The notes under the pieces were generated by a model. It did no database searches. It had not been told where the DNA came from and was given only the letters and a program-made list of their open reading frames with translations. Positions 1 through 12,000 of a stretch of 64,000 nt of DNA are shown in pieces; position 1 is the first letter of the stretch, and every line of letters starts with the position of its first letter. Made by a program: the position numbers and the translations under genes. This DNA is from Klebsormidium nitens (lineage: Eukaryota; Plantae; Klebsormidiophyceae). Location of the stretch: NCBI GenBank assembly GCA_000708835.1, contig DF237212.1:1-64000 (forward strand), written 5' to 3'.

Positions 1-418
1 GGAACTTGCATTCGAAAACAGCCTTTCTCTAATTCTCTGCTTATGGTTCCTCGAGCTCCTCAATTATGTCTAGATTGGCCATTCTAGCTTTCCTATCTTA
101 CACCAGGTAACCCTTACCGGTCTCAAAAAGGCCGGTCAAAAGCTCCCGGTGAGGGGTAGCTGGGATCCATCACCAGATTCTTGATCAGCAAAATTGAAGC
201 AATATGGCCCTCAGATGTTTCCAATTTCTGGTCTAGTTTTGACACCACAATTGGCTCCCTAGACTCTAGAGTCGCCAAGACGTTCACTGGCTCCAAATTC
301 GAGAGACAAAGCTGCCCCACCCTGCACAAAGCACAGGCTGCAGGGCGGCTGCAGGGCGGTTGATCATCAGGGCGTGGTGTGGCTGGACTACTTTCAGCAG
401 GTCTCTTGCAGCAGAGCC

Positions 419-3400
419 ATGGGGCCGCTTTCTGGGGCTCTCTCGGGGCACCTGAGAGGGCAGCTTGCTCTGATCAACCGTTCAAAGTCAAAGGATGCGT
501 GCAGTCTGCTCTATCGGAGCGTGTCCTCCTTCTGCGGCGATTCTGCCCCCACTGATGAGCAGGCTGATGAGGGCGTGGGTGGTTCGCGCCAGCCTTCAAT
601 CGAATCCAGTACAACAAACCTCGCAAGCACAAAAAGCGTGCAGCAGCGGCGCTCGCTTTTGGAGAAGCTGGCTTCTGACAGCACCTTTGTTGGAGCTTCA
701 GTTGCGAGCAGGCGCCAGCAGGTGCGGCGAAACAGCACCGCAAGCCCAGCAACAGCGCCCCAGAGCCCTCCCACCGTGCCGCCAAGCACGTCAACTGTGG
801 CCCCAACAGGCAGGGTGCCCGTCAAGCTGCACAGCATCATCCCTGATGAATTGAAGAAGGACATGATCGAGGTTTTCGTCGACGGGCAAGCAGTGAATCT
901 TCCCAAGGGCATGACAGTTCTGCAGGTACTTTCTCTACCGCCTATTGATCGGGTTAGATGTTCAGACGCATCACACAACTTGTGGCAGGCCACATCAAGG
1001 CTTTTGACTGGGGCTGAGGTTGAAGGATTCTTCCATCTCTTGTTCGTACAATTTCTTGTTATGCTGCCGCTAGCAGCACCTTTACCAAGTCTAGCAGCTC
1101 AACTTTTGTTGATCGAGGAAAATTACAGACACTTCTGCGCATACCATCCGCTGCCTGCTGTGCTGCAGGCTTGCGATGAGGCGGGCGTGGACATCCCAAG
1201 GTTCTGCTATCATCCGCGGCTGAGCATTGCTGGCAATTGCCGCATGTGCTTGGTGGAAGTGGAGAAGAGTCCGAAGCCGGTAGCATCGTGTGCCATGCCT
1301 GCAATGCCGGGGATGAAAATCAAGACAGACACACCGCTGGTACGTACTGAGGTCCTCTTTCTTTATCAATCGCACCCTCAATCATGAATAGCCAATCAAC
1401 CAACTCTGCTGCCGGAGCTCAGCATTTGCCTGATGAATTCCAAATCTCTGCAGCTCAATAAACCTGTCTATATGTGCTACATGGAAGATTTGCTGGTAAA
1501 GAGCTAAGGTGGGTTTAGATTGACAGAGAGCTAGTGGATTGGATTGAGGTGTTTGTAGCATCAAATTCAGATTAAACTTGAAACTTTGCAAAGCAGCCAA
1601 CCTTTTTCTCTGCTCTTTGCTGCGACTCAAAGTGATTGTAAATCCTCGTCTTGTCTGTTGCAGGTTAAGAAGGCGCGTGAAGGTGTAATGGAGTTTCTGT
1701 TGCTCAACCACCCTCTCGATTGCCCCATCTGCGATCAAGGTGGCGAGTGCGATCTGCAGGATCAGGCTATGGTGTTCGGCAGCGACAGGGGCCGTTTCAC
1801 CGACATGAAGAGGTCTGTTGTGGATAAGCATCTTGGACCTTTGATTAAGGTGAGTTTCTGCAGGGCAGCTATTTTTTGTTTGTTCCTCCATTGCTTGTAT
1901 ATTGACAGCATCCTCGAGTTGACAACTTGCTGCATGTGATGAAAGTGGTGGGAGTACTTTTGAGGAAACTTGCTGCAGGAGAAGCTAACAGTCCGGTTTG
2001 TCTGGTAACTTCCGTCGTTCCTGAAGGTGCCATATTCGCCATACCTGCGAATTCCGCTGCTCTGCTTATCGCGTTTCCAGCAGATGCCAGCCTCTTTTTG
2101 TCTGCGAGCTGCATGCAGTTGGACAAATCTGGAAGCAGATGCAGACCTGATCTTGGAAGCATATTTATGTTTTTGATCTGAAAGTGAATGAATGCACAGT
2201 TTCTCAACATCAGATGAATTCCTTGCAGACTGTCATGACGCGGTGCATCCACTGCACAAGGTGTGTGCGGTATGCCACCGAGATCGCCGGTGTGGAGGAT
2301 CTTGGGGTCCTGGGCCGCGGAAATGCTGAGGAGATTGGCACGTACGTGGATCGCCTTTCTACGAGCGAGGTATCAGGCAACGTCATCGACTTGTGCCCTG
2401 TGGGAGCCCTCACCAGCAAGCCTTACGCCTTCACCGCCAGGAACTGGGAGCTGGCAAACAAGGAGAGCATTGATGTTAGTGATGCGCTTGGGGCAAACAT
2501 CCGGGTGGACCACAGAGGACCTGAGGTATGCAAACGACTCTCTTTCAGACAGCCGAACTTCAAATTGGTGAAGGTTTCCTTGAAGATTACCAGTGCTTTT
2601 GCATGGGAACCAGCATCAAGTGCTTGCTGGACCTGGAGGTTGCTTTGTGTCTACTGCTTTTCCAAAAATGCTTGAAAGACAGGGCCCAACGGGTCTCCTT
2701 CTTCTGACAAGAAAACCATGATAAGCCACTGTTTGACTTCACATCTCTGGAATTGTTTTCTCATAAGGCTCCGCTGAGCCTCGACTTCACATTTCTGGAG
2801 GCTTTTCTCATAAGGCTCCGCTCAGACTCTCCCAAGTGATCCTCTGACTGGTAGTTCTTATCCTCTGAACCAATTCCCCGCTATCTGCAGGTGATGCGCG
2901 TCGTCCCGCGGCTGAACGAGGACGTCAACGAGGAGTGGCTCACTGACAAGGGTCGCTTCATGTATGACGGCCTCAAGCGGCAGCGCCTCGCCCTGCCCTA
3001 CGTGCGCGGCCCCGACGGCCGCCTCCAGCCCTCCGATTGGCAGGGGGCGCTTCAGGAGGCTGCGCGTGCTTTGACCTCCGTTCCAGGGGAAGAGATTGCC
3101 GCCGTTGTCGGGAAGCTAGCTGACGTGGAGTCCATCACTGCGCTCAAGGACTTCATGGCGCGGCTCAACTCCCAGCGGCTGTACATCGAGGGCGCCGAGG
3201 GCCAGGAGAACGCCGACATTCGGCCGAGCTACCTCTTCAACACGGGGATCGCCGCCCTCGAGGACGCGGACGCGGTGCTGCTCGTGGGGACGGACCTGCG
3301 CTCCGAGGCGCCCCTGCTCAACGTGCGCCTGCGCAAGGCCTTCCGCGCCGGCACGCTGCGCGACATTGCGGCGGTCGGGCCCGCGGACATGGACCTGACG

Positions 3401-4635
3401 TACCCGCACGAGCACCTCGGCGACAAGGCGCAGGACCTCTCCAAGCTGACCTCCGGGAAGGGCGGGTTCGCGGAGACCCTCGCCAAGGCAGAGCGCCCGG
3501 CGATCATCGTCGGCGCGGGCGTCCTGAGGCGGCCCGACAGGGACGCAATTCTGGGGGTGGTGGATCGGATTGCCAAGCAGGCGGGGGTGATCAAGGAGGA
3601 CTGGAATGGCCTCAATGTGCTGCAGCTGACGGCGAGCTCGACCGGCGCGCTGGACTTGGGCTTTGTGCCGGGGCCGGGGGTGAAGAAGGACGCGCCGCCG
3701 GCAAAGGTGGTGTACCTGCTGGGAGCGGACGAGGGGCTGAGCAAGTTCGTCGGGGAGGACAGTTTCGTGATTTACCAGGGGCACCACGGGGACCAGGGCG
3801 CGAGCAGGGCGAACGTGGTGCTCCCGGGCGCGGCCTACACCGAGAAGGAGGCGACGTACGTCAACACGGAGGGCCGGCCGCAGAGGACGATGGCGGCAGT
3901 TCCTGTGCCAGGTTAGTCCACCGACTGAGAATGTCCAAATTTCAGTGTCGGTTGGCAGAGGATAAGGGTGGCAGATTGTGATTAGGATTCAGCGTTGAAG
4001 GCCTCACAGACTGTGTTCTTCATTGATGTGATCAGCGAAGGTACTCAGACGGCCGTCGCATCTTCCTGCAACAGGTTGGCATGGTTCTTCCTGAGCAAGG
4101 GAAACGGTCCCCTATTCTGGAGGTGCAGTTGCAGGATTGAGATTTGCTGCTCATCGGACTTGATTCTTCACCATATGTAAGCCTCTGTGCAGAGCTAAAT
4201 TGTAAGCCTTTGTGCAAAGCTAAATATCGTAAACTTGGGACACCTGCAGGTAATGCGCGTGAGGACTGGAAGATCCTTCGTGCTCTGTCCGAGATCGCCG
4301 GAGTCCAGCTTCCATACGATACCACTGATGCCGTGCGGAGAAGGGCGGCCGAGATTGCCCCCCAGCTGGAGAGGCTCGAGGAGGTGGAAGTTTCCGAGGT
4401 CAGCATGGCAGCGCGCACGGCACCATCTAAGGCGTCCGCTGGACCCCTGCTGAAGGAGCCGTTTACGAGGGCTGTGCCAAACTTCTACATGACTGATCCC
4501 ATCAGCAGAGCCAGCCAGACCATGGCCAGATGTACGTCAATGTTCAAAAGCCAGAAGGAGGTGGACGCGCAGGAGGATTGGTTGTTGCACGCCGACTGGG
4601 GCAAGCAGAAGGCGGCGAAGCAACCAGCTCTTTAA
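419..4635 (+). CDS. NDUFS1: NADH:ubiquinone oxidoreductase 75-kDa Fe-S subunit (complex I), mitochondrial precursor; 6 exons
   Basis: Exons 419-925, 1169-1339, 1664-1849, 2229-2525, 2891-3911 and 4250-4635 join in frame at GT-AG junctions. Hallmark motifs: [91 protein letters not shown] and [12 protein letters not shown]. Confidence 0.98.
2735..2829 (+). repeat. Intronic tandem duplication, 2 x about 48 bp (GACTTCACAT..TTTTCTCATAAGGCTCCGCT)
   Basis: Two near-identical units start at 2735 and 2783 in NDUFS1 intron 4. Confidence 0.85.
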
Positions 4636-6018
4636 AATGGGTGCTTTCTACATTTGGAACCGTTCATGTAGGGTCCGTCGTATATAAGATCTAAGAGATG
4701 CAGGTAGTCGCTCCCAGGAATGGCAGCTTCAGTTTCCGCTCTGACATTCAGCATGCCTTGCAGCTTCAATTGTACAACTGAACCTCCACCAAAAAAACAA
4801 TCCGTTGCCAACTCAATCTTTGATTATTGAGCTAAGCGCAGCACGACTTAAGGACCAATTAAAGGTACTACTGGCATCATGTCTTCTTCAATAAACCTCT
4901 ATATAATACTCTGCCGGGCTGCCTTTGATGAGTTGCCTAGCCCAGCATGTGTGCAACTTGTAGCTGTCCGAGCCCTGTAGGGTGGTCGGTCACCTATATG
5001 TCGCTACACGCTCGTGCATTCTCCCAGGATCGCGGGCGGCAGCTGAAATGCAAGCATTTGTGACCTCGGCGCGTGCCACTCATCCGTGATCGAGCCTGCC
5101 CATGCCCAGGCGCGCCTGTCCCGCCGCGACAAATTATTGCTGCCAAATTAGGCGTGATGTAGCGCAATGCAATCAATGATCAATTGATAGACAACTACTC
5201 TGCACGTAAAACGAATGTACCATGACAATCATCATGAAGCATGCCGCTAAATGCATGTAGGATTGGGTCTGGATTGCTTCAAGTATACATGAAGGCTGCA
5301 GCTGTGTGATCGAAGATACTTCCGACGATTCTCCAACCGTCCTGGCTCGTACTCGCTGCTGCATACCACTAATCGACCTGAGCACCTACCATATCATGCT
5401 TCAAGCTCTTCTAAAAAAACAATTAAAGCAACGTTTAGCTGCTGCGGTGCTCGACTGAGACTACAACTGCTCGACCGCCACGTTGGACGGTATATACGAT
5501 CATTGATCATCATATGAAGCTGTGAGATCTAAGATCTGTCATGCAGGACCTTTCTGACACTTCGTGGTGCAAAAGATTGCAAGCCTGGCCCTCGATTGAA
5601 TGAAGCAAGTGAAAAAAGCTGGAGTTCTTTGACAAGCACGGTTTCAGCTTCAAACGCTGTGGTACCCAACGAGTCGGGTAAGAGCAGAGGGAGGCCTGAA
5701 TATGCCATCATATATATGAGTTAATCTACCGGAAGAGCGCGCCTGCACTACAGTAGTTTCGAGATAAGAATGCCTGGAGGAATATGCCCAGCCCTCGAAG
5801 GAGAGTCGGGCCGCGGTCCCAGTCAGCAATTCTCACACATGGTGAAGCTCATTCGTAAAGTCCGCCTGGATTGAGCAGGGTACGTTGCGCTAGGCTCTAG
5901 TGAGAGAAGGTTTACTATGTAGCACTGATGCGCAGTCCTGGAAGGAATCGTTCGACTCTAGACGGTCTTCTTGTCCTAGCTGTTATCGTGCTGGAAGGTA
6001 GCTCTTGGACATTCCAGG

Positions 6019-9000
6019 ATGTTGGCTTGGAGGGGAGGCTCCCGAAGAAAGATCAAAGAAGTGAGAACGGAAAGGATAACCTTTTGGTGTGCTTCTGCGA
6101 TGGTGAAATCAGCCTGATTGAAGTCATATCTGATCTCTCCTAGACAGAGCCTTGTACACAAGAATTGCCCCAGACTTGCCCTTATGTGAGACTCACAACT
6201 CATTGTTTCTTCTGCAGACGAAGCAATCTGTTCAAGGCAAGCAAAGACACTTCTTTGAACAGCGCAGACTGCTCAATAGGTCGGATGCTTCTGGTTCTGT
6301 CAGAAGGGCAGAAGACGCTGCTGCATCCTTCCCAGCAAAGCAGAGGAAAGGTGGGAGCCTGGACATCATAAGTCTGACGTCTCTATTAATTGTATCAAAG
6401 GCGAGCAAGAATGGCGACACGGTAGACGGGCAGCCTGTAGGAGCAGAAGCGTCCGGTCTTGGTGACAGCACTTTGAGACTGGGAACAAGAAGCAAGGAAT
6501 GGTCAACCCCGGGTGGTCAAGCGTCCAAGGTTCAGCCTCTAGAAAAGCCTCTGGAAGAGAAGGAAGGATCTCTTCAGAAGGATTACCACGGCTTATTGAG
6601 AGGTGAGAGACTTCTTGAGTTCTCCTCGATAGAAATGTTCAGGGAGCCTTTTGTCTATGAAATGTGCATGCTCAACTAACGATGCAACTTCTTGAGGGTA
6701 GTACAGAGGCCTAAAAGAGTCAAGGGTCTTTCGAAAACAGTAGCCTAGTATCAATTATTGCTGAATGGTTGTGGCTCTTGCAGGTTTGCAGTTGAGAAGA
6801 AGCAGACTGGGCGGAGAAGCTGAAGATGTGTCAGAAGGAAACGGGTGAGGTCCAAACTTAATGTATCCCAATCAAACTGACATTTCCTCTGACGTCGTCT
6901 CATCTGGACATAGCGATCCACATACGCAGAGGTTTAAACCACAAATTTTGATGATGCAGGTCCGCTCCTCCTGAAGTGGAAAAGAAAGAAGACCAGCATC
7001 AGAGGGTAAAGAAAGTAGCTTGCTCGAAGCTGAAGAAACCCAAAGGTGAACAACGAGCGAGCATCCAATCAAACAGGGGATTGCCATGGTTGAAGCAGAG
7101 TTCACTTGAAGTTCCCGGCTAATTTTACCCCTCTGGTCATTAGGATGCAAGCTATCGCCGTTGCTGATTGAATAATGAGATCCCGATTCCCCGTAAAACA
7201 GTTGACAGTGAGCTTCTTGAAATCCATATTATTCTGTCCCTTTCTACAGGATTTGATATCTTCGATGTTATCGACGAGCAGGAGGACAGAGGTGGTGCCC
7301 GGAATTCGGCACGGCAAGAGAGTTATGCAGCTTTTGCTGTTCAAGGAACAGGAGAGATAGCCGAAGGCTCTCCGCCGTCTACGCCGCCCGCAAATCTGAG
7401 ACAAAGCCCTAATAACAAAGAGTAAGAATCCATTTTTGAAGACCGACGAATGTCTGTTCATTTTGATCTTTATCTACTACGAAGAATCGTTCGTTGAAAT
7501 CGCAACTTTCACGTAATTGAGCGATCTGTGCCATAACAATCAACTTTACGAACGATAACTTCCTTTGCAGTTTCCATGATTTACCTCGATCTTTAAAGGA
7601 TCGAAATGCAACGAGCCGATCAGAAGAAGAGCGTCATGAACAGCGAGTCAAGTCAAATCATCAGCGCAGACCGTTTCAGACGCTTCAACCAGAGGAGTTC
7701 CCGCGAACTCCTAAGAGCGTTTCATTCATTGCAACCGGTCACCAGTCGCCTTCTCAACAAACGCAGGTGATTCATTTCTTTCAAAATCGTTGAACGGGTT
7801 GGTGCACGAGGTCTATTGCAACCCTTTTCAGATCTCTTTAGTTTTGTCGAGAGTACTGAATCCGGACTTATTACGTGGAGCAAACTCAAAGTCCTGGGAT
7901 TGCTATTATTGGCAATCAGCAAACCGAGAGGGTCATATTCGTTTCTACAAACGAATCCTCGTATCCGAGGACGATTACGTGACCACTCCGATTGAAACAA
8001 ATTGGGACTGATTTGTATTCCATTTATTGCAGTTTCTCGACGGGATGCATGAGAACAAGGCTCGCAGACAGCGGGAGGCTTCGCGGTTGGAAAATCTCCA
8101 GAGAGTCTCCGAAGTTTCCGATTTCGAAGATACGGTTACTGAGCCAGAGCTTCAGCCTCTTGATTTTCTGCGTGCAAAAGAAGACGGCAGATTTGACTTA
8201 GAAGCAAGGCCTTCAAGCTGCGAGCTCGAAAACCATTTCTCTCTTTCACCCCCGGAAACTGAGGGAAATCTCTTTTTCTCTCCTTTTGGGATCGAGGAAG
8301 AACGAGGAGAAGGAGTAGCATCAAGGCACGAGTTTGACTTTTTCTCTGAAAGCTTTCCAGTCAGCGAGAGGAAAGACGAGTCTCCATTCCAAACCCAAGG
8401 CTTCCGTTTCCTGTCAACAGTGGATTCCCCAATTCAACAACGTAGTAACAGGAGCACTTTGGATAAGAGCGGCTTCTTTTCCCTGCACGACCAGATTGAC
8501 GACTTCGACAACCAGACACACTCAGTACCAGATGCTAATCCGTTCTTCTCCGAAGATCAGGATGTCTTCGATAGCCATTCTGGTCGTAGACCACTTGCAA
8601 AATCGAGTATAGACGGCAGGGAAGAAAAGGAAGCATTTTCTGAGCACGAGTTTTCCTCCGAATCTCTCTTTCAGCGATCTTGGACGGGTGATCTGGGACT
8701 CGCCCCTGGTGCTCGATCAGAGGTTGACTGGCAAAACGGGGTCGCATTTTGCAGCGAAAGGGCTCGAGTAAGCTTCCACATCACATCCAGATTTGCTTGT
8801 CTTGTATCTCCAATCTTTCCACCACATCTAAGTCAAGCTTGCGGAGCAGATGGCATTGCAAACTTTGATGGGAGTCTACTTCATCAATCATTAGTAAGCT
8901 TCGCGCCTGCTTGACCATGTGACGGTGTCTTGCAGGAAGAAACGACAAACGATACGTTGACGACGAGAATTCTCGTTTTTGTTGATTTCAGCATTCCAGA

Positions 9001-12000
9001 CTTCCTTCCGTCTCGAAGAGCAGAATCCAACCGGTTCCAGGAATTCCTGCAAGGAGTCCCGTCAAAGCCTGAATCGACAGAGTTTTACCCTGCTTTGCGA
9101 GAACAAGATTCTCAAGATAGCCCAAGCAAAGAATTCTCCGGCAGCGAAGTGTTGAGAGGGCTCGCAACTGAGTCTCTGGAAGAAGAGGAAGGACACCCGT
9201 TTGGGGAGACCAATCTTGAAGATGTCCTCCATCGTCAATCTTCCGAGCGGTTCTCACCTGCAAGGGTTGCCGAAGAAAGGTATGCAGATGGGTGAGTTCC
9301 TATTTTAGACCGTCATCAAGGAAACGGAATACTGATCTGCTGCAGGAAAGTGAGCGACAAAGTTTATGAATTAGTCATGCACGTAGGAAACTGACAGGAA
9401 ATGAGACAATAATCTTCGGATTCTTAATGACCGCGCACGATGCTCTTCTGCAGCTTTCTTCCCCTCACGAGTCCCTTTGGTCCGCAAGAACGTCGGCTGG
9501 ACGAATTCTTCTCAGCACAGACAGTTCCTGCAGCTGGTAAGTGCTGAACACAATCATCTTATAAGGGCAGCCTCAGTATTATAGAAGCATTGTGGGCAGC
9601 TGCAGGACAGCTTGCCTCTAGCCAAGTTGTATGATAGCAGTCAATGGAGGACTGCTTGACTTCCATGCTGGCAAGAAAGCAAATAGCTCTTGGCGGTTCT
9701 TCAAAACAACTGGGCAACTGAGCTTTGCATCTTTGTACGGCTTGGTCAGCTTGTCGTGCACCTTACGGCTCTTCCAGGTGACATATTGCTCCCTCTGTTC
9801 GCGTATCAGGTGCGCATTCGTTCTACGACCAGGTAATCCGAAGCAGACATGAGACTAGGATTGCATTCGAATAAGGCTGTCCAGATTGTGTGAGATATTC
9901 ATTCTTTCTGCAGGCGATGAGGTCGATCAAAGCCCGCCATCAGCCCCTCCTGCCCAGGACAAGAAAGATGCCGACGTCGCCAAGCTCGACCTTGGCGTCA
10001 GTCTGGAGGTCGACCTAGCTGCAGATTTCAATGCTGAGAGGACGGCAGGACCAGAGGCGGGCTTTGAGCCCTTGTTTCCTTCAATTTCGTCGCCAATTAC
10101 TAGGACTGTCGACACTCCGGGTGCAAGGCAGCAAGAGATCGACTTTTTCCATGTGGGGCCTGCCAGTGAGCTTGCGTTCATGGAGCAAGGCACGAAAGAA
10201 GGTGGTGTTCTATCGCACCAAGATTGTGACCTCTTTCCGAAGCCTTCTTCGGGACTCGGAAAACGCCTATTTGCTGATCTCGACATCGACCTGGAGGAGA
10301 GTGCTCCAGCTCTTGACTCTGACACCAAGCGTCATGACTTCAGACGTGCCAGCCCAAAGATGAAGCTAGATTTTCTCGACACTGTAGGCTGCGAGAAAGT
10401 TGCTGAGGGTGAAGAAAATGTCGGCTGGAGAGAAGCTGAAGCCCAACCTGAGACTTCCCCGGTGGGCAAGCAGTCAGGTCTGAAACGGCTGAACATACCC
10501 AGAAGTAACTTTGCAGCATTTGAAGAGCAGGAGGTAACCGAGCTACAGCAAGGTGATGAGATTGCAAGAGGAAGCTCTTTAGAAAGGAGGGGCAGTTGCT
10601 CCGCTTCTCCAGCCAGATCGCCAATAAATGGCAAAGAGGAGCTCCAAACCATTCCGCAGGTAGAGGCACCGAGCCTGCAATATAGGGAACCTCCAAACGC
10701 CTTTTTCTCCGACTTCCCAGCGCGGCACGAAACCGAAGGCAGCGAGCATCTCTTGTTTGGTGATAGCGAGCAGAAGCTCAGAAGCACGGATGAGATTCTG
10801 AAGCGCTTGGTACCCAAACGCGTGCTGGAGGAGGGAGAGGATGTGCCGCCAAAGCGACCTCGAAGAACTCTCAAAGAGGCAACGTTCTGTCTTGACTTGA
10901 ATGCAGCTTTCACTTGCGAAACCTCTTTCTTCGAGACCGAGGACTTTGGAGGCAAGAAGGGGCCGGCAGCCTCTTTGAGCAGTGAACCTGCAGAGTCCGC
11001 CGCTGCGGCTCAACACGATGCGGCGAAAGTTCCGCTCCCGCGAGGGACAGGCGCTGATGGCGGCCCCAAAGGAAGCGGCGGCGAACGCTTCGAAGATGCT
11101 CTGCCTGATTGGGCTGGTGCGTGCGAAGAGGCGGCGCCTCCTCAGGCGCCTCCTCAGCACGAGCATGTCGAGCAGTCCGTCGAAATAGAGTCAGGAGCAC
11201 AACGGCCGAAGCGCCCGCCCTCTGCACCGTCAGCCGCATCGAGCTCTCAGGGACAAGATTTAGACGAAGCAAGCTTGCAGGAGAAACCCCCAAAGGAAAG
11301 AGAGAAGCTTCTCTGCAGCGTCCCGACTCAACCGGAGGCTGCCGACGAGACGAACTTGGCAAAAGCGAAGGCGGTTCGCGCGGACATGGAGAAAGACCAG
11401 ACGGCAGAGATGGCAGAGGCGGCCGCGGTGATTGCAGAGGAGGATGGAAGCGGGGGCAAAAGTGACAGGAGCGCTGCTAAGAGCATAAGTGTACTCAAAA
11501 CGGGGACGAAGAAGCTTGGTCTGCCCTCGAGGAGCCCTCCATTCGACGGCAAGCCGAGTCAGGCGGAAGCGTCTCCTGTAAGAACGACCGCAGAAGGTCC
11601 TCTCGGAAACCAGGAGAAGAAACAGGAGGATCGAGCGCCCTGCAAAGAGTGCTCGCCGGAGCCAGAGAGAGCGATCGAGAGTGAGAGTGGAACGGGCAAC
11701 AAATATGGAGAGGGGCGAGAAGGGAGAGAAGAAGTCGAGGAGGAAGGATACGAAGATAACGCGCAGGCGAGGGGGGAGGACGGGCCAGCGCAGAAAACGG
11801 AAGGGGCCAGAGGTGACCTCGGCGTGGATCGTGGTCGGGGTTCGAGTCGAGCGTCAATTGAAGCAGGGAGAGGAGCCGACGAACAGGAGTGCCGAGTTTG
11901 CAGTAGAGTGGGGAAGCAGTCAGCGGCCGAAGAAACGCCAAGGGAGCAGCTTCGAGAGCGGGGCGACACCTCTTCGAGGGAGGAAGAGGCTGCTGACAGT

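Noticed and set aside
110-330. Minus-strand donor (CCG|GTAAGG) and short ORF upstream of NDUFS1, suggesting a divergent gene
   Set aside because: No supportable coding exon inside the window; at most a 5' UTR exon of an upstream gene.
3116-3787. 223-aa and 171-aa minus-strand ORFs
   Set aside because: Antisense shadows of the very GC3-rich NDUFS1 exon 5; no independent motifs.
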